Assembly: GCA_002269645.1 (NCBI GenBank)
Contig: NIVC01000976.1
Location: forward strand, 1 to 64,000
Length of the DNA stretch: 64,000 bases
Direction of reading: 5' to 3'
Source: Macrostomum lignano
Taxonomy: Eukaryota
Shown here: positions 12,829-25,428 of the stretch, piece by piece
Numbering within the stretch: the stretch's first letter is position 1
How the letters are laid out: every line of letters begins with the position of its first letter
The notes under the pieces: model-generated
The model's database searches: none
What the model was told of the DNA's origin: nothing
The model's input: the letters and a program-made list of their open reading frames with translations, nothing else
Made by a program: the position numbers and the translations under genes

Positions 12829-15667
12829 TCAAACCCAACTAGACCGGTTGCACTGAGCACTCTTCCAGGCGGGGCCCTCATCCTGGCTGCGGCAGAAGTT
12901 CGCGTCATGATCCGCAGACCCAGAGCTCTGCTGCAGTTTCCAGGCACCCAGTGCAGAGTGGACTCTCCAAACGGGTCGCAGTTGTCCCTGTAGCTGCAGC
13001 TCTGCAGCATATCCGAAGCGAAATCCTCGGTGAGCTGATCCATGCAGGTCCTGGTGGGCAGCAAGTCGTTGAAGATACTCACACAAATGATTTCCCTGGT
13101 CTGATAGCTCTCGTTGGAGCTGTGGTCGCACATGCACTTTAGGATAGGTAAAGGCAGAAATATTGATAAAAGTTGATCTCAGTGGTTTTGACTTCATGAA
13201 AATAATATCACCTAGCAGCACATACCTCCGACCATGGAGTGTAGGTCAATCTGGAAAATTTGTCAGAATCGTTAACAGTAGGAATACCAAGCTATTTTTC
13301 CGCCCGTCGAACTACCAAGAGGGGGGGAAAAATCCCCCCCCCCCTGACAATTTTTTTGCTGCGCCGGAACGGAGCAACGCAGGCACACAAAATTCAAGAA
13401 CACGGGCTAACTTTTTGTTGCGCACCTTCTCAAACAAGAATCAAGTCGCCAGCCCTCCGGACCGTCGAGATATTCGACGATTCTGCCAGAAGGTCGGATT
13501 TTTCCCATAAGCGCTAGTGTATTCAGTACACCCCTGTGCGCCAATCAGCACTGCGCCTCAGTGCAGCCTTGCCAAGTCTCCAAATTTCATCAGCACGTCG
13601 ACCACATGTGTCTGCATCAGTTCTGACTTCGTTGGTCACTAGCCTTCACCCAGGTGGAGCTTCTGGACCCTCAACAGCTGTGGCACCAGGTGACTATGGA
13701 CACCCTGATGCGGATTTCTCTAGTTTCGCCGATCAAGCCTCGACAGTGGGCAAGAATCAGCCGCCAGACATTCTCAGCTAGTCTCTCAAGCATTCCGTCA
13801 TCATTCCGACGCCGTCGGCTCCTTCAACAGATTACACCAGGTGACTATGGACAGCCTGATAAGAATTTCTCTAGTTTCGCTGATCAAGCCTCGACAGTGG
13901 GCAAAAATCAACTGCTGGACATCCTCAGCTAGTCATTCAAGCATTCAGCCATCACCCCGACGCCGTCGGCACCTTCAACAGGTGGCACCAGGTGACTATG
14001 AAGATCCTGTTGGAACTATATCAGATTTTTCTTATCAAGCTTCAATAATGGGCAAATCTCCACTGCCGGACATTCTCAGCTAGTTTCTCGAGCCTTCAGT
14101 CATCATCCCGACGCCGTCGGCACCTTCAACAGGTGGCACCAGGTGAGTAAGGACACCTGAGCGTGATTTTTCATCATGCGCTTAACATTTTGAAGCTCTC
14201 AAAATTTTTTAAGCACGGACATTGCTATAGTTAAGCTTGAACTCATGTTGCTGTATATTTATATTATTATTGGGTTCTTATATTATAGTTCAATAAACTA
14301 AACAGCTTGTCAAATAAAGTATGTATGTAGCTCGTATGTATAAAAGTATGTGTAATAATAATATACATATACAGCAACATGAATTCAAGCTTAACTATAG
14401 CAATGTCCGTGCTTAAAAAATCTGAGAGCTTCAGAAATGTTAAGAGCATGATGAAAAATCACGCTCAGGTGTCCTTACTCACCTGGTGCCACCTGTTGAA
14501 GGTGCCGACGGCGTCGGGTGGTGACGGAAGGCTCGAGAGACTAGCTAACAATGTCCGTGGGTTGAGGTTTGCCCATTATTGAAGCTTGATAAGAAAAATC
14601 TGACATATTTGCAACAGGATGTCCATAGTCACCTGGTGTAATCTGTTGAAGGTGCCGACGGCGTCGGGGTGGTGACGGAAGGCTCGAGAGACTAGCTGAG
14701 GGTTTTCAGAAGTTGAGGCTTGCCCACTGTCGAGGCTTGATCGGCGAAACTAGAGAAATCAGCATCAGGGTGTCCATAGTCACCTGGTGTAATCTGTTGA
14801 AGGTGCCGACGGCGTCGGGATGATGACTGAAGGCTCGAGAAACTAGCTGAGAATGTCCGGCAGTGAAGATTTGCCCATTATTGAAGCTTGATAAGAAAAA
14901 TCTGATATAGTTCCAACAGGATCTTCATAGTCACCTGGTGCCACCTGTTGAAGGTGCCGACGGCGTCGGGGTGATGGCTGAATGCTTGAATGACTAGCTG
15001 AGGATGTCCAGCAGTTGATTTTTGCCCACTGTCGAGGCTTGATCAGCGAAACTAGAGAAATTCTTATCAGGCTGTCCATAGTCACCTGGTGTAATCTGTT
15101 GAAGGAGCCGACGGCGTCGGAATGATGACGGAATGCTTGAGAGACTAGCTGAGAATGTCTGGCGGCTGATTCTTGCCCACTGTCGAGGCTTGATCGGCGA
15201 AACTAGAGAAATCCGCATCAGGGTGTCCATAGTCACCTGGTGCCACAGCTGTTGAGGGTCCAGAAGCTCCACCTGGGTGAAGGCTAGTGACCAACGAAGT
15301 CAGAACTGATGCAGACACATGTGGTCGACGTGCTGATGAAATTTGGAGACTTGGCAAGGCTGCACTGAGGCGCAGTGCTGATTGGCGCACAGGGGTGTAC
15401 TGAATACACTAGCGCTTATGGGAAAAATCCGACCTTCTGGCAGAATCGTCGAATATCTCGACGGTCCGGAGGGCTGGCGACTTGATTCTTGTTTGAGAAG
15501 GTGCGCAACAAAAAGTTAGCCCGTGTTCTTGAATTTCGTGTGCCTGCGTTGCTCCGTTCCGGCGCAGCAAAAAAAATTGTCATGGGGGGGAAATTCCCCC
15601 CCCCCCTTGGTAGTTCTACTGTTAATAGTCAGGTAGGGATAATCAACCTGGTCTGGCTCTCCCGTAA
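12829..15667 (-). pseudogene. Duplicated, inactivated copy of the TSP1 exon pair (exons 3-4) of the mucin/TSP1 gene
   Basis: The exon-3 copy (15667-15622 plus 13271-13226, total 92 nt, the same as 18218-18127) is split by the foldback insertion. The exon-4 copy (13136-12829) has a net 34-bp frameshifting deletion relative to 17765-17801. Confidence 0.75.
13276..15621. mobile_element. Foldback-type non-autonomous DNA transposon, 2346 bp, TTAA target-site duplication, termini CAGTAG...CTACTG
   Basis: TTAA lies at 13272-13275 and at 15622-15625. The left arm (about 13309-14265) is a near-perfect reverse complement of the right arm (about 14361-15616), around an AT-rich spacer of about 95 bp. 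The arms carry 151-bp subrepeats (3 left, 5 right). The uninterrupted site cagaatcgTTAAtagtcagg is present at about 18164-18184. Confidence 0.9.
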
Positions 15668-16307
15668 CTGAAAGAAACAGCGGACAATGAATTGTTGGAG
15701 CTGACGAATAGAAAGAGCAGAGCAAAATGACTGACTCACTTGTGATATCTTGAAATTTCTGAAAATTAAGTTACAAAAAGATAATAAAACGAAGTCTAAT
15801 CTATTTACCTAAGGTATACGAGTTTCAGCTAAACCTGGCAGTAACTATTCAATCTTGAGACTGAGCTCAATACGCAAACTTGTGTGGAAACTCGTTGCAT
15901 CCTGTCTGTGCGATAGTTTCAAGACCACATATATGTACGAGTACATGCGTCCGAGTTGCACCCCCGTACGTTCCCAGTGCAAACTCTTAGTACGACTCTT
16001 CTGCTTACCTCCACTCTTTCCTCCGCTCTCCCTTCTGTCCATTTGCCTGTGGGCCTCTTCTCTCTCTCTCCTTTCTTACTTATGATTTGCTGCTTTTTCT
16101 CACCTCTACCCTCGCCTGCTTCTAATATCTCCCACATTTGTGGTTTTACCATTAGCTTTTGGAAGCATAGCTCGAATATCGAAAGAAACGCGCCAGATCT
16201 GGGCTTCCTTCTGATTCAGAAAATCACCTCTGCCTCGTTAGCCATTAATTAAAAAACTAAACCAAATAAAACTTTCGACAATAGTATTTCTTATGGGTGG
16301 CACTTAC

Positions 16308-16366
16308 CTCCGACCATGGAGGGTCGTTGAAATTGATGTAATCGACGGTGTCCGGCACTTCCGTGA
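16308..16366 (-). CDS. Third paralogous exon-3-like microexon of the TSP1 gene
   Basis: The sequence ttttag|TC ACG GAA GTG CCG GAC ACC GTC GAT TAC...CCA TGG TCG GAG|gtaagt gives VTEVPDTVDYINFNDPPWSE. It has the same phases (1 and 0) as exon 18218-18127 (VTGEPDQVDYPYL...TPWSE). Confidence 0.65.
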
Positions 16367-17639
16367 CTAAAACAAATAGTATTGGCATAGGAAAAGTGTG
16401 TCCTCGCGGTTTAGGCTACTGATTTGTCTATTTTAATATTTAGTGGATTATATTCGTAGGTTGCTGCCACCAGGCACCAGGCTTCCTGATTTCCCTAATC
16501 CTAGTAGTTTAGCGATCAAAGAACAACACAGGAAACCGAAATTATCACTTTTTATTGCTCTAAAGATGTAAAAGAAAAGTCTAAACATGCAATAGTTACA
16601 GAGAGTTAAATTGGTGCAATAATAGTTGGCATTGACTACCTTTTTACTGCTCTGTTAGTGGCATTGAATACCTTCCCTTTTTTACGTATTTTAAGTATTC
16701 CCTAAATTTTCCCCGCCTCTTACCTAGTTCTCTTCTTGGTCTTGTTTGCACGTTAAAACTACGAGCGTAACTTTCAAGGTGCTTTTCCCTGAGCGTCAAC
16801 TATAAGGAAGCCCAAAATAAGCGATCTACCCTGCCACAATTCCCTGGCTAAAACTACTGACAGTAGTGCAAAAGCATATCTAACATATTCCTAAATTCTG
16901 CCCTACTTGAATACAACAGGAATGCAGTAACTGTGCTCGGTCGGGATCTTTGAACCCAGAATTATTGAGTATGTAACCAAGTACGCCAGGCGCTGGGACG
17001 CGCTGGATGGCGGAGCAAAGCCTCAAATGGCGGTCTGGCACTTCGAGAAAAAATAACTCTAGAGACAGCGCTCACCGGAAAAATCAGTCCCTCGAAATTT
17101 GGACATTTGTTGTATTTTTAAAGTTAATTTTTTACCCATGCTGCTGCCCTTAAGTTAATGGCACCCGCTATTGAGGGGGTAATAAAGTGCTTATAATTCG
17201 GTATCCAAACAGGTAAACATCAAAAATTCAAAATTGATGCTTAATCTTAGCCTCAGTCGTCCTAAAATAATCCTCGACCCCCGGCCACAGCCTGCCTGGG
17301 TTGGGTTGGGAGACAGGTCAATCGGCCAGCTTAGAGGCAGAGATAAACAAGATTGACACACCGGCCAGAAGAGGGGGTGTAATGGCTTCACCGCTCAGCC
17401 AATACCAATATGGCAAAGATAACTCAAGCCAATTGCCAGACAACCAAATTAAGCCAGAAAAGACAGGCGGAACTCAAACGAGAGTAAAAACTTCACGTAG
17501 CACTTTAAATTCCCGCTGCACTGCAAGAAGAACGCTTTGAAAAGACAAAAAACAATAGTACCGAAAGGAGAGGGCTGTGCTGGACGGTTCACATCCGGGA
17601 AGTGTTGGCGCTAAAAACAAAGAAACAATTTATAAAACA

Positions 17640-19492
17640 TTGCATTACCAAATACGCGATGTACTCGTAAATTCGGGAACTCGGGTTCGTCTAACCCAGC
17701 CCAACTAGACCGGTCGCACTGAGCACTCTTCCAGGCGGGGCCCTCATCCTGGCTGCGGCAGAAGCTCAGTGGCACCTGGCGATCGCCAATTCGACAAGAC
17801 GGCGTCATGATCCGCAGACCCAGAGCTCTGCTGCAGTTTCCAGGCACCCAGTGCAGAGTGGACTGTCCAAGCGGGTCGCAGTTGTCCCTGTAGCTGCAGC
17901 TCTGCAGCATATACGAAGCGAAATCCTCGGTGAGCTGATCCATGCAGGTCCTGGTGGGCAGCAACTCGTTGAAGACGCTCACGCAGATGATTTCCCTGGT
18001 CTGATAGATCTCGTTGGAGCTGTGGTCGCACATGCACTGGGGGATCAGTAAAAGGCAGAAGTATTGATAAAAGTCAATCTCAGTGGTTTTGACTTCATGA
18101 CAATAATATCACCCAGCAGCACATACCTCCGACCATGGAGTGTAGGTCAATCTAGAAAATCTGTCAGAATCGTTAATAGTCAGGTAGGGATAATCAACCT
18201 GGTCTGGCTCTCCCGTAACTGAAAAAAAATCAGACAAAGATATTGCTAAAAAGAGAAAAATAGAAAGAACGGATGTTACCGACTCACTTGCGATTTCACG
18301 AACGTTCTGCAAGAAAAAAAGACAACAGTAAAATCTCAACAATTCACAAAACAGTCAAAGCCCTAATTAAAAACAACTATACTTGCCCCGAAATCGATTT
18401 TCGGCATGAAAATATATTCTCTAGTGGGAGTGGGCTGCGACACTGCAATTTTTATCGAAGTCCTTAAATAAACTTCTCAGATGAAAATAAGACAAACGTA
18501 TTTCACTTAAAATTAAAAATATTATACCAGAAACAGTAAACTTTGTCACTAAATCCAACTTTTCAGTAATGCCAACAATATCAAGGTTCGAACTTCGAGA
18601 AAACGATGCCAATGTTGATGTTGTTGATGATAAGGTCGAACGAGCGGCGCTTGTCACTTCCGGTTCCGCAGTGGAAACAGTAGACGCAGACGCAGTGCTC
18701 GCAGTCTCGGTCTCGCTGCTGGGCGTCGCGCCACTCACGGTCGAGCTCTCAACTGTCTGTGTTGACTCCGTGCTCAATGTCGGGCCTGTCGCTTCTGGTA
18801 CACTCACGCTCGGCGTCTCGACACTGGCGGCGCTTGTGGCTTCCGGTTCCGCAGCGCTCGCAGTCTCGGCCACGCTGCTGGGCGTCGCGCCACTCACGGT
18901 TGAGATCTCAACTGTCTGTTGGAGATTAGGAGCCCAATAAATTTTAATACGAGCTAAGAGTGGTTAGAAGCGGTGAGAGGTTCTGAAGTGATTAAGCTTC
19001 AGATGCATATCGGACCACCCGGCTATCTCCTCAATCCTCATAGCTCAACCGGTACCGCTAGAGAGAGAGGGAGTCGGATCTGACTTTCAGGGGAAGAACG
19101 GCTCTTATTGCGCGACAGAATTCACACAACTATTACCACACGTACTCTATACTTCTAAAATCTAATTGTGATGCAGGCCCTATTTCGCCGCAGGCTGACT
19201 ACGTCAACGGCCTGCCACGTATCTCTCGTACTTGCTTGAGGCAGCCGCTGTGGTTGCAGACCCGGGTGCGGCCAGTTGCAGTCGCGGAATTTGCCGTGTG
19301 AGATTGTTTTGGCCGGACAAAATTTTCAAATTTGTTGCCAGCCTTGACGGCGTTGGCGAGCGGCTGTCGCGGCAGCAAGTCGGCCGAGTGGACGTTGTTC
19401 GTCTTGTCGGCTCTGTGAGGCCTTGCTGCACAGACCCCTAGAAGAAGCAGCAACGACAGCAGCATAATTGGAGCTCTGAGCAACGACTCCAT
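17640..19492 (-). CDS. Secreted protein: signal peptide, Ser/Thr-rich mucin-like region and ADAMTS-type thrombospondin-1 (TSP1) repeats; 3' end unresolved
   Basis: Exons 19492-19232, 18915-18528, 18218-18127 and 18036-about 17650 are all phase-compatible. The N-terminus is MESLLRAPIMLLSLLLLLGVCAA. The TSP1-like segments are YTPWSECMCDH...QTREIIC...C...C and LHWVPGNCS...RIMTPSC...VPLSFC...P.WKSAQC. Confidence 0.7.
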
Positions 19493-20084
19493 GACACCGG
19501 CGCTGTATAAAAGCAGTTCAGCTTAACTAAGAACTAAATACATGTATAAGCCGCGGTAAGTTTATAGACTGCATATGACTGTTAGCAGGTTACACGCAAG
19601 ATCAGTTTTATAAGCTTCTTCTTTAGCACCCAGCAAGATACTTTGGCGTTAGTGTGGTCGTCAGAACGACATAAAGCAACAAAAGCACACACGAACGTAT
19701 TTGCAAAACTTGTACGTGCTATTCGAATTCTAATACGTGCAATCACACATTTTAACACGATGTTTACCGAAAACGCGAATAAATGTTTAAAAAACCGGAT
19801 GAAGGGTGCGGCTCTTCTATGGAACAGAAACCCTCGACGATGTCAAGTAGTCGTCTTTTTCTACAGTACGCAAGTACTGGCCCAGCAACATGACGGACGG
19901 CCTAAGATTTTTGTCGAAACTGAGGTTTCGAAACTGAGTCAACATCGGGCAAGGGCGTAGAAGTCGTTACCTTTCCTCGATGATTCTTGAAAAGCGAAAA
20001 AAGGATAAGAAAATTGGCTTCGATAGTGAATATTAGTACGAGTAACTGGAACAGGTGCGATTCTTATAAAATAGGCTTTAGTAC

Positions 20085-20600
20085 CGATCTAGGAACTTGA
20101 GCAGTTAAATTCCTTGAAGATGGGCTTCAGTACAGATTCCTAGAAACTGGAGCAGTTGAATTTCTTGGAAATAGGCTTCAGTACTGATTCCTAGAAACTG
20201 GAGCAGTTGAATTTCTTGGAAATAGGCTTCAGTACAGATTCCTAGAAACTGGAGCAGTTGAATTTCTTGGAAATAGGCTTCAGTACAGATTCCTAGAAAC
20301 TGGAGCAGTTGAATTTCTTGGAAATAGGCTTCAGTACTGATTCCTAGAAACTGGAGCAGTTGAATTTCTTGGAAATAGGCTTCAGTACTGATTCCTAGAA
20401 ACTGGAGCAGTTGAATTTCTTGGAAATAGGCTTCAGTACTGATTCCTAGAAACTGGAGCAGTTGAATTTCTTGGAAATAGGCTTCAGTACTGATTCCTAG
20501 AAACTGGAGCAGTTGAATTTCTTGGAAATAGGCTTCAGTACTGATTCCTAGAAACTGGAGCCGTTGAAGTTCTTGGAAATTGGCTTCAGTACCGATTAAG
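20085..20600. repeat. Tandem repeat, 51-bp unit TCCTAGAAACTGGAGCAGTTGAATTTCTTGGAAATAGGCTTCAGTACTGAT, about 10 copies
   Basis: Units start at 20138, 20189 and onward, between the WDR12 stop codon and the mucin gene start. Confidence 0.93.
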
Positions 20601-20886
20601 GCTGTAAAGTGACTACAGCAAACCAGAAGTAAAAAAGTTCAATAGAACCGATTCGCCAATATTTCTGTTTTTCAATCCAAAAAGGCCCAATAACGGCCAA
20701 AAAGGTAGACAGCTTGTATTTTCTTACTATACTACTGACAACTCGCTAACAGTAGTAGTATATCTAGCGACTGAAATGCACAGAGAACAAGGCGAAGATA
20801 AAAAACGGATTGCAAAAAAACTGAACCGGAGGGAGGACAGGAAAACCTTCGTCAGTGCGGAAAACTTTCAAATAAAACACGACTGG

Positions 20887-23800
20887 TCAGACCAAATCAG
20901 CTTTGAAGATCTTCACTGTGCAGTCCGCGCTGCCGGACACTACGTGGCCGGTCTCCGACCAGTCAACGCTGGTGACGATGCCGCTGTGGTCCCTCAGTTC
21001 GTACAGCGGCGCTTTCGTGCAGCGCAGGTCCCAAAGTTTAACGACGGTGTCGCAGCCGCAGCTGGCGAACAGCTGACTGCCGGGCTGGGGGCACCAGCGC
21101 ACCCCGCACACCCAGGTGTCGTGGGCGTTGAAGCACGCGATCAGGGTGTCCCCGGAGCTCCTGGGATCGTACAGTCGGGGCTGCGGACCCGCGCAACCGG
21201 CTAGCAGGGCGCGGCCGTCCGGCCGGCTGTGCAGGCTGAGCACCGCGCTCGGCGCCCTAAGCAGGGCGGACTCGGCGCCAACCTCCACGTCCCACAGGCG
21301 GGTGCTGCAGTCGGCTCCGCCGGAGAACAGCTGATTGGCGCCGGCGTAGGCCACGGCGTGGACAGCGTCGCGATGCCCAGCCAGGGTGCGCAACGGCACT
21401 CGGCTGGGGACGGAGTGCTTGCTCTGGTGGCTGATGCCGCCTGGTCGGTGAGAGGAGAGCGACTGTTAGTGAGCGCTAATAATATCCCAGCAACTGAGGA
21501 TCTGGGAGGCTGGTCCAGCAACTGACACTCTGGGAGGCTGGCCCAGCAACTCAGGATCTGGGAGGCTGGTCCAGCAACTGACACTCTGGGAGGCTGGCCC
21601 AGCAACTGACACTCTGGGAGGCTGGCCCAGCAACTGAGGATCTGGGAGGCTGGCCCAGCAACTGACACTCTGGGAGGCTGGCCCAGCAACTCAGGATCTG
21701 GGAGGCTGGTCCAGCAACTGACACTCTGGGAGGCTGGCCCAGCAACTGACACTCTGGGAGGCTGGCCCAGCAACTGAGGATCTGGGAGGCTGGCCCAGCA
21801 ACTGACACTCTGGGAGGCTGGTCCAGCAACTGAGGATCTGGGAGGCTGGCCCAGCAACTGAGAATCTGGGAGGCTGGCCCGGCAACTGAGGCTGAGGATC
21901 TGGGAGGCTGGCCCGGCAACTGAGGCTGAGGATCTGGGAGGCTGGCCCGGCAACTGATGCTGAGGATCTGGGAGGCTGGCCCGGCAACTGAGGCTGAGGA
22001 TCTGGGAGGCTGGCCCGGCAACTGAGGCTGAGGATCTGGGAGGCTGGCCCGGCAACTGAGGCTGAGGATCTGGGAGGCTGGCCCGGCAACTGAGGCTGAG
22101 GATCTGGGAGGCTGGCCCGGCAACTGAGGCTGAGGATCTGGGAGGCTGGCCCGGCAACTGAGGCTGAGGATCTGGGAGGCTGGCCCGGCAACTGAGGCTG
22201 AGGATCTGGGAGGCTGGCCCGGCAACTGAGGCTGAGGATCTGGGAGGCTGGCCCGGCAACTGAGGATCTGAGAGGCTGGCCCAGCAGCTGAGGATCTGGA
22301 AGGCTGGCTCAGCAGCTGAGGATCCGAGAGTATGACAGGTGGCCCAGCAACTGAAGATCCGAGGGGGGTACAGCAACTGGGATCAGATAATCCAGGTGGT
22401 GGGCAGACCTCAAAGCAAAGAGAAGTTCACACAAAAGCGCACCTGTCTCAGCCGCCGTGCCCTCGTCGCTGGAGCGCCAAAGTTTCACCTGGCCGTCGAA
22501 GCTGCCGGATGCGAAATGGCCGAACGCCGGGCCGGGACTGCCGGCCGCGCAGAGCACGGAGGATGCGTGGCCCTTGCACACGGCCAGGCAGCGAGCAGCG
22601 CCGGCCTCCCAGCGCCAGATCCGGCAGTCCTGGTCGTGCCCGGCCGACACAAACTCGCAGCTACTGTCGGCGTCGCCTTGACCATCGGTCGTCGTAGTCA
22701 GCCAATCGACGGCTTTCACTTCTTTCTCGTGAGCGTCGGGCAGCTTCAGGCTGAGCTCGGTGCCACCGTCAATGTCGCCAATGGCTACGCTGTAGTCATA
22801 GCAACCGACTAGGAGGTGCCGGCCGCGGGCGCGCACGCAGCTGACCAGATTGCCCAGCGCCAGCTCGGCATACGGCGCCGGAGCAGAGCGCCGGGGGAAA
22901 TATTCGGCGCGAAGAACGGCGTCCATGGCCAGGCCGCGGTCCTCGACCAGCTGGCGAAGACTGCCGACCAGCAGCTCGTCCTGCACCAGAAATTCGAACT
23001 CAGCTGGCGTCGGACCGGAGTTTGCGTCCTCGGAGGCTGCGAGATTCAAGAGGAAGGGGATCCGAGAGGATTACTGCTAGCAAATGAATGGGAACTGGGT
23101 GGTTTTGATCGAGAATGACGACAGGAAATTGTTGATGAGGCATTGGGACGGGAAAATTTGGTGAGGGATGAAGATTGCGAAGTAGTTGATGAGGGACGAA
23201 GATTGAGAAGTTGTTGATGAGGGTCGGAGACTGGAAAGTGTTGATGGGGGTCGGAGACTGGAAAGTGTTGATGAGGGATGGAGAGTGGAGGCTGGGGAGA
23301 AGTTGGTGAGGGACGGAGACTGGAAAGTGTTGATGAGGGATGGAGACTGGGAAGTAGTTGATGAGGGTCGGAGACTGGAAAGTGTTAATGAGGGTCGGAG
23401 ACTGGAAAGTGTTGATGAGGGACGCAGACTGGGAAGTAGTTGATGAGGGACGGAGACTGGAAAGTTGTTGATGAGGGTCGGAGACTGGGAAGTAGTTGAT
23501 GAGGGACGGAGACTGGAAAGTTGTTGATGAGGGTCGGAGACTGGAAAGTGTTGATGAGGGATGGAGACTGGGAAGTAGTTGATGAGGGACGGAGACTGGG
23601 AAGTAGTTGATGAGGGACGGAGACTGGGAAGTTGTTGATGAGGGACGGAGACTGGGAAGTAGTTGATGAGGGTCGGAGACTGGAAAGTTGTTGATGAGGG
23701 ACGGAGACTGGAAAATTGTTGATGAGGGTCGGAGACTGGAAAGTGTTGATGAGGGACGGAGACTGGGAAGTAGTTGATGAGGGACGGAGACTGGAAAGTT

Positions 23801-24403
23801 GTTGATGAGGGTCGGAGACTGGAAAGTGTTGATGAGGGATGGAGACTGGGAAGTAGTTGATGAGGGACGGAGACTGGGAAGTAGTTGATGAGGGACGGAG
23901 ACTGGGAAGTAGTTGATGAGGGACGGAGACTGGGAAGTGTTGATGAGGGTCGGAGACAGGAAAGTGTTGATGAGGGATGGAGACTGGGAAGTAGTTGGAG
24001 GGATGGAGACTGGGAAGTAGTTGATGAGGGACGGAGACTGGGAAGTTGTTGACGAGGGACGGAGACTGGGAAGTAGTTGATGAGGGACGGAGACTGGGAA
24101 GTTGTTGACGAGGGATGGAGACTGGAAATGCAGTAAAAACCACCGTGCAATCAGGACTCACCATGATCTGAGGCCAGAAGACTCTTAACCATGTCACTGA
24201 GGTCCCCCCTGCCGCTGTCCAGTTGAACATAGATCGGATAGTTGCTAACAGAAAATCTAAAAGCATGTAAACAAGTAGCATTTCGACTCTGTTTTAGTAC
24301 AGTACAGTTAGACTTATTTTTATGATAGACACCAGAATGAAACTCACTTAGAATCCTTAGTCACAAAGGAAACTTGCACTCTCTCTGTCTCTGCATCATC
24401 CAT
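20887..24403 (-). CDS. WDR12: Ribosome biogenesis protein WDR12/YTM1 (NLE/UBL domain plus WD40 repeats), complete, 428 aa
   Basis: Exons 24403-24348, 24244-24162, 23036-22443 and 21440-20887 total 1287 nt with matching phases. The N-terminus is MDDAETERVQVSFVTK...EFEFLVQDELL...AEY. WD motifs include GCYDYSV, SAGHDQ, KGHASSV, SGSFDGQVKLW, AGHRDAV, RLYDPR, VKLWDLRCTKAPLYEL and SGSADC. Confidence 0.93.
21490..22330. repeat. GC-rich intronic minisatellite with 28-bp and 34-bp unit variants
   Basis: ACTGACACTCTGGGAGGCTGGCCCAGCA units are followed by ACTGAGGCTGAGGATCTGGGAGGCTGGCCCGGCA units, inside WDR12 intron 3. Confidence 0.93.
23125..24125. repeat. Intronic minisatellite, about 28-bp unit GGGACGGAGACTGGGAAGTAGTTGATGA
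   Basis: Fills WDR12 intron 2 and accounts for ORFs 23077..24150 and 23385..24281. Confidence 0.93.
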
Positions 24404-25428
24404 GGTTGATGTTGAACACTGGAATTCGATTTGTAAATATTAGTCAAATAAAAAGTAGTTTGAGCATGACAAGCTTGAAAATAGCTATTGAAAGCTAACT
24501 GGAAATAACCTATAGAAAACCAATAGATTTGTCAGAAAACTATATTAAGTGATAATATAATAAGACATTGACATAACCTTTACTCATTCTTATTAAATAT
24601 TATTACCAGTTACAACTCAGCCAAAAGTAACTAAAACAGCATTTGGTAGACACAGTAAGTGACTCAGTTACTCAAAGCTGGTTCCAGAATGTTTAGACAG
24701 GGGATGAAGCTATCTAGGACAGACCACAGATACTATAAACACTAGATAGGCCACTCCAGCTAATTTTCACAACACGACAGTTTACTCTACTTTCTGCTTA
24801 GTAGTAGTAAAAACATTTTAGCGTTATTTATATTTTTTTAAAATAAAAAAACAGATGAATGCAATGCAGCAATTGTATTGATTTTTTGCAAAAAGAAACT
24901 TATAATTATACTTTCCACAATTCAAAGCAACATTGTGAATGCTTTAGATTGCATAGAAGGCTATATTATTGCAGTCTACTATTGTATATTTAGCAAATAC
25001 GAGCTATATCATATACTCCATAATCCATATTCGTGAAGCAAAATAGAAAGATTTCTCATCTTAATCAGCTCATCTGTTTGTGAAACTCGCAGCGTGCTGT
25101 CGAAGAACAGGGTCGCCAGTCGCCCTTGTTCAGAGGCAGCATTCAGAACGGCCCAACAGATGAAAAAAACTGGCGAATGCGCCACTTCAAGGTCCAGGGA
25201 TGTATCCGATGGAGCCAATCCTCAGTGGTTTCGTAACAGGCAGCCGATAAGCAGCAGGACTTTTGTGGTGCAGCTGCAATGAGCTGCTGATGAGATGACA
25301 TCCTTTGACCAGAGCACCCCTGACTGCGAGCGCCCTGCCGCCCAGTCGACCGCTGGAAGCTGCGCTAGCCACGCCTCCACAGTCCATGGATGCACGACTG
25401 CGCTGCACTTGCCTTGACCATCGAGAGT

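Noticed and set aside
13536-14083. ORFs in the foldback arms (PGDYGHPDADFSSFADQASTVGK)
   Set aside because: The 151-bp unit is not a multiple of 3, stops recur in every unit, and there are no transposase motifs.
15919-15921. In-frame TGA at an expected Cys position as possible selenocysteine
   Set aside because: The same segment needs a frameshift, no SECIS was identified, and the neighbouring modules are decayed, so a nonsense mutation is simpler.
18569-18940. Plus-strand 123-aa ORF
   Set aside because: It is the antisense shadow of the Ser/Thr-rich exon of the minus-strand gene.
20085-20600. 51-bp repeat with an open minus-strand frame (ISTEAYFQEIQLLQFLG)n
   Set aside because: There is no start codon or convincing splice sites, and an open frame in one of six is expected by chance for a 17-codon unit.
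21201-24281. Long low-complexity ORFs (391, 357 and 298 aa) overlapping WDR12
   Set aside because: They are read-throughs of intronic minisatellites; WDR12 splices cleanly around them.
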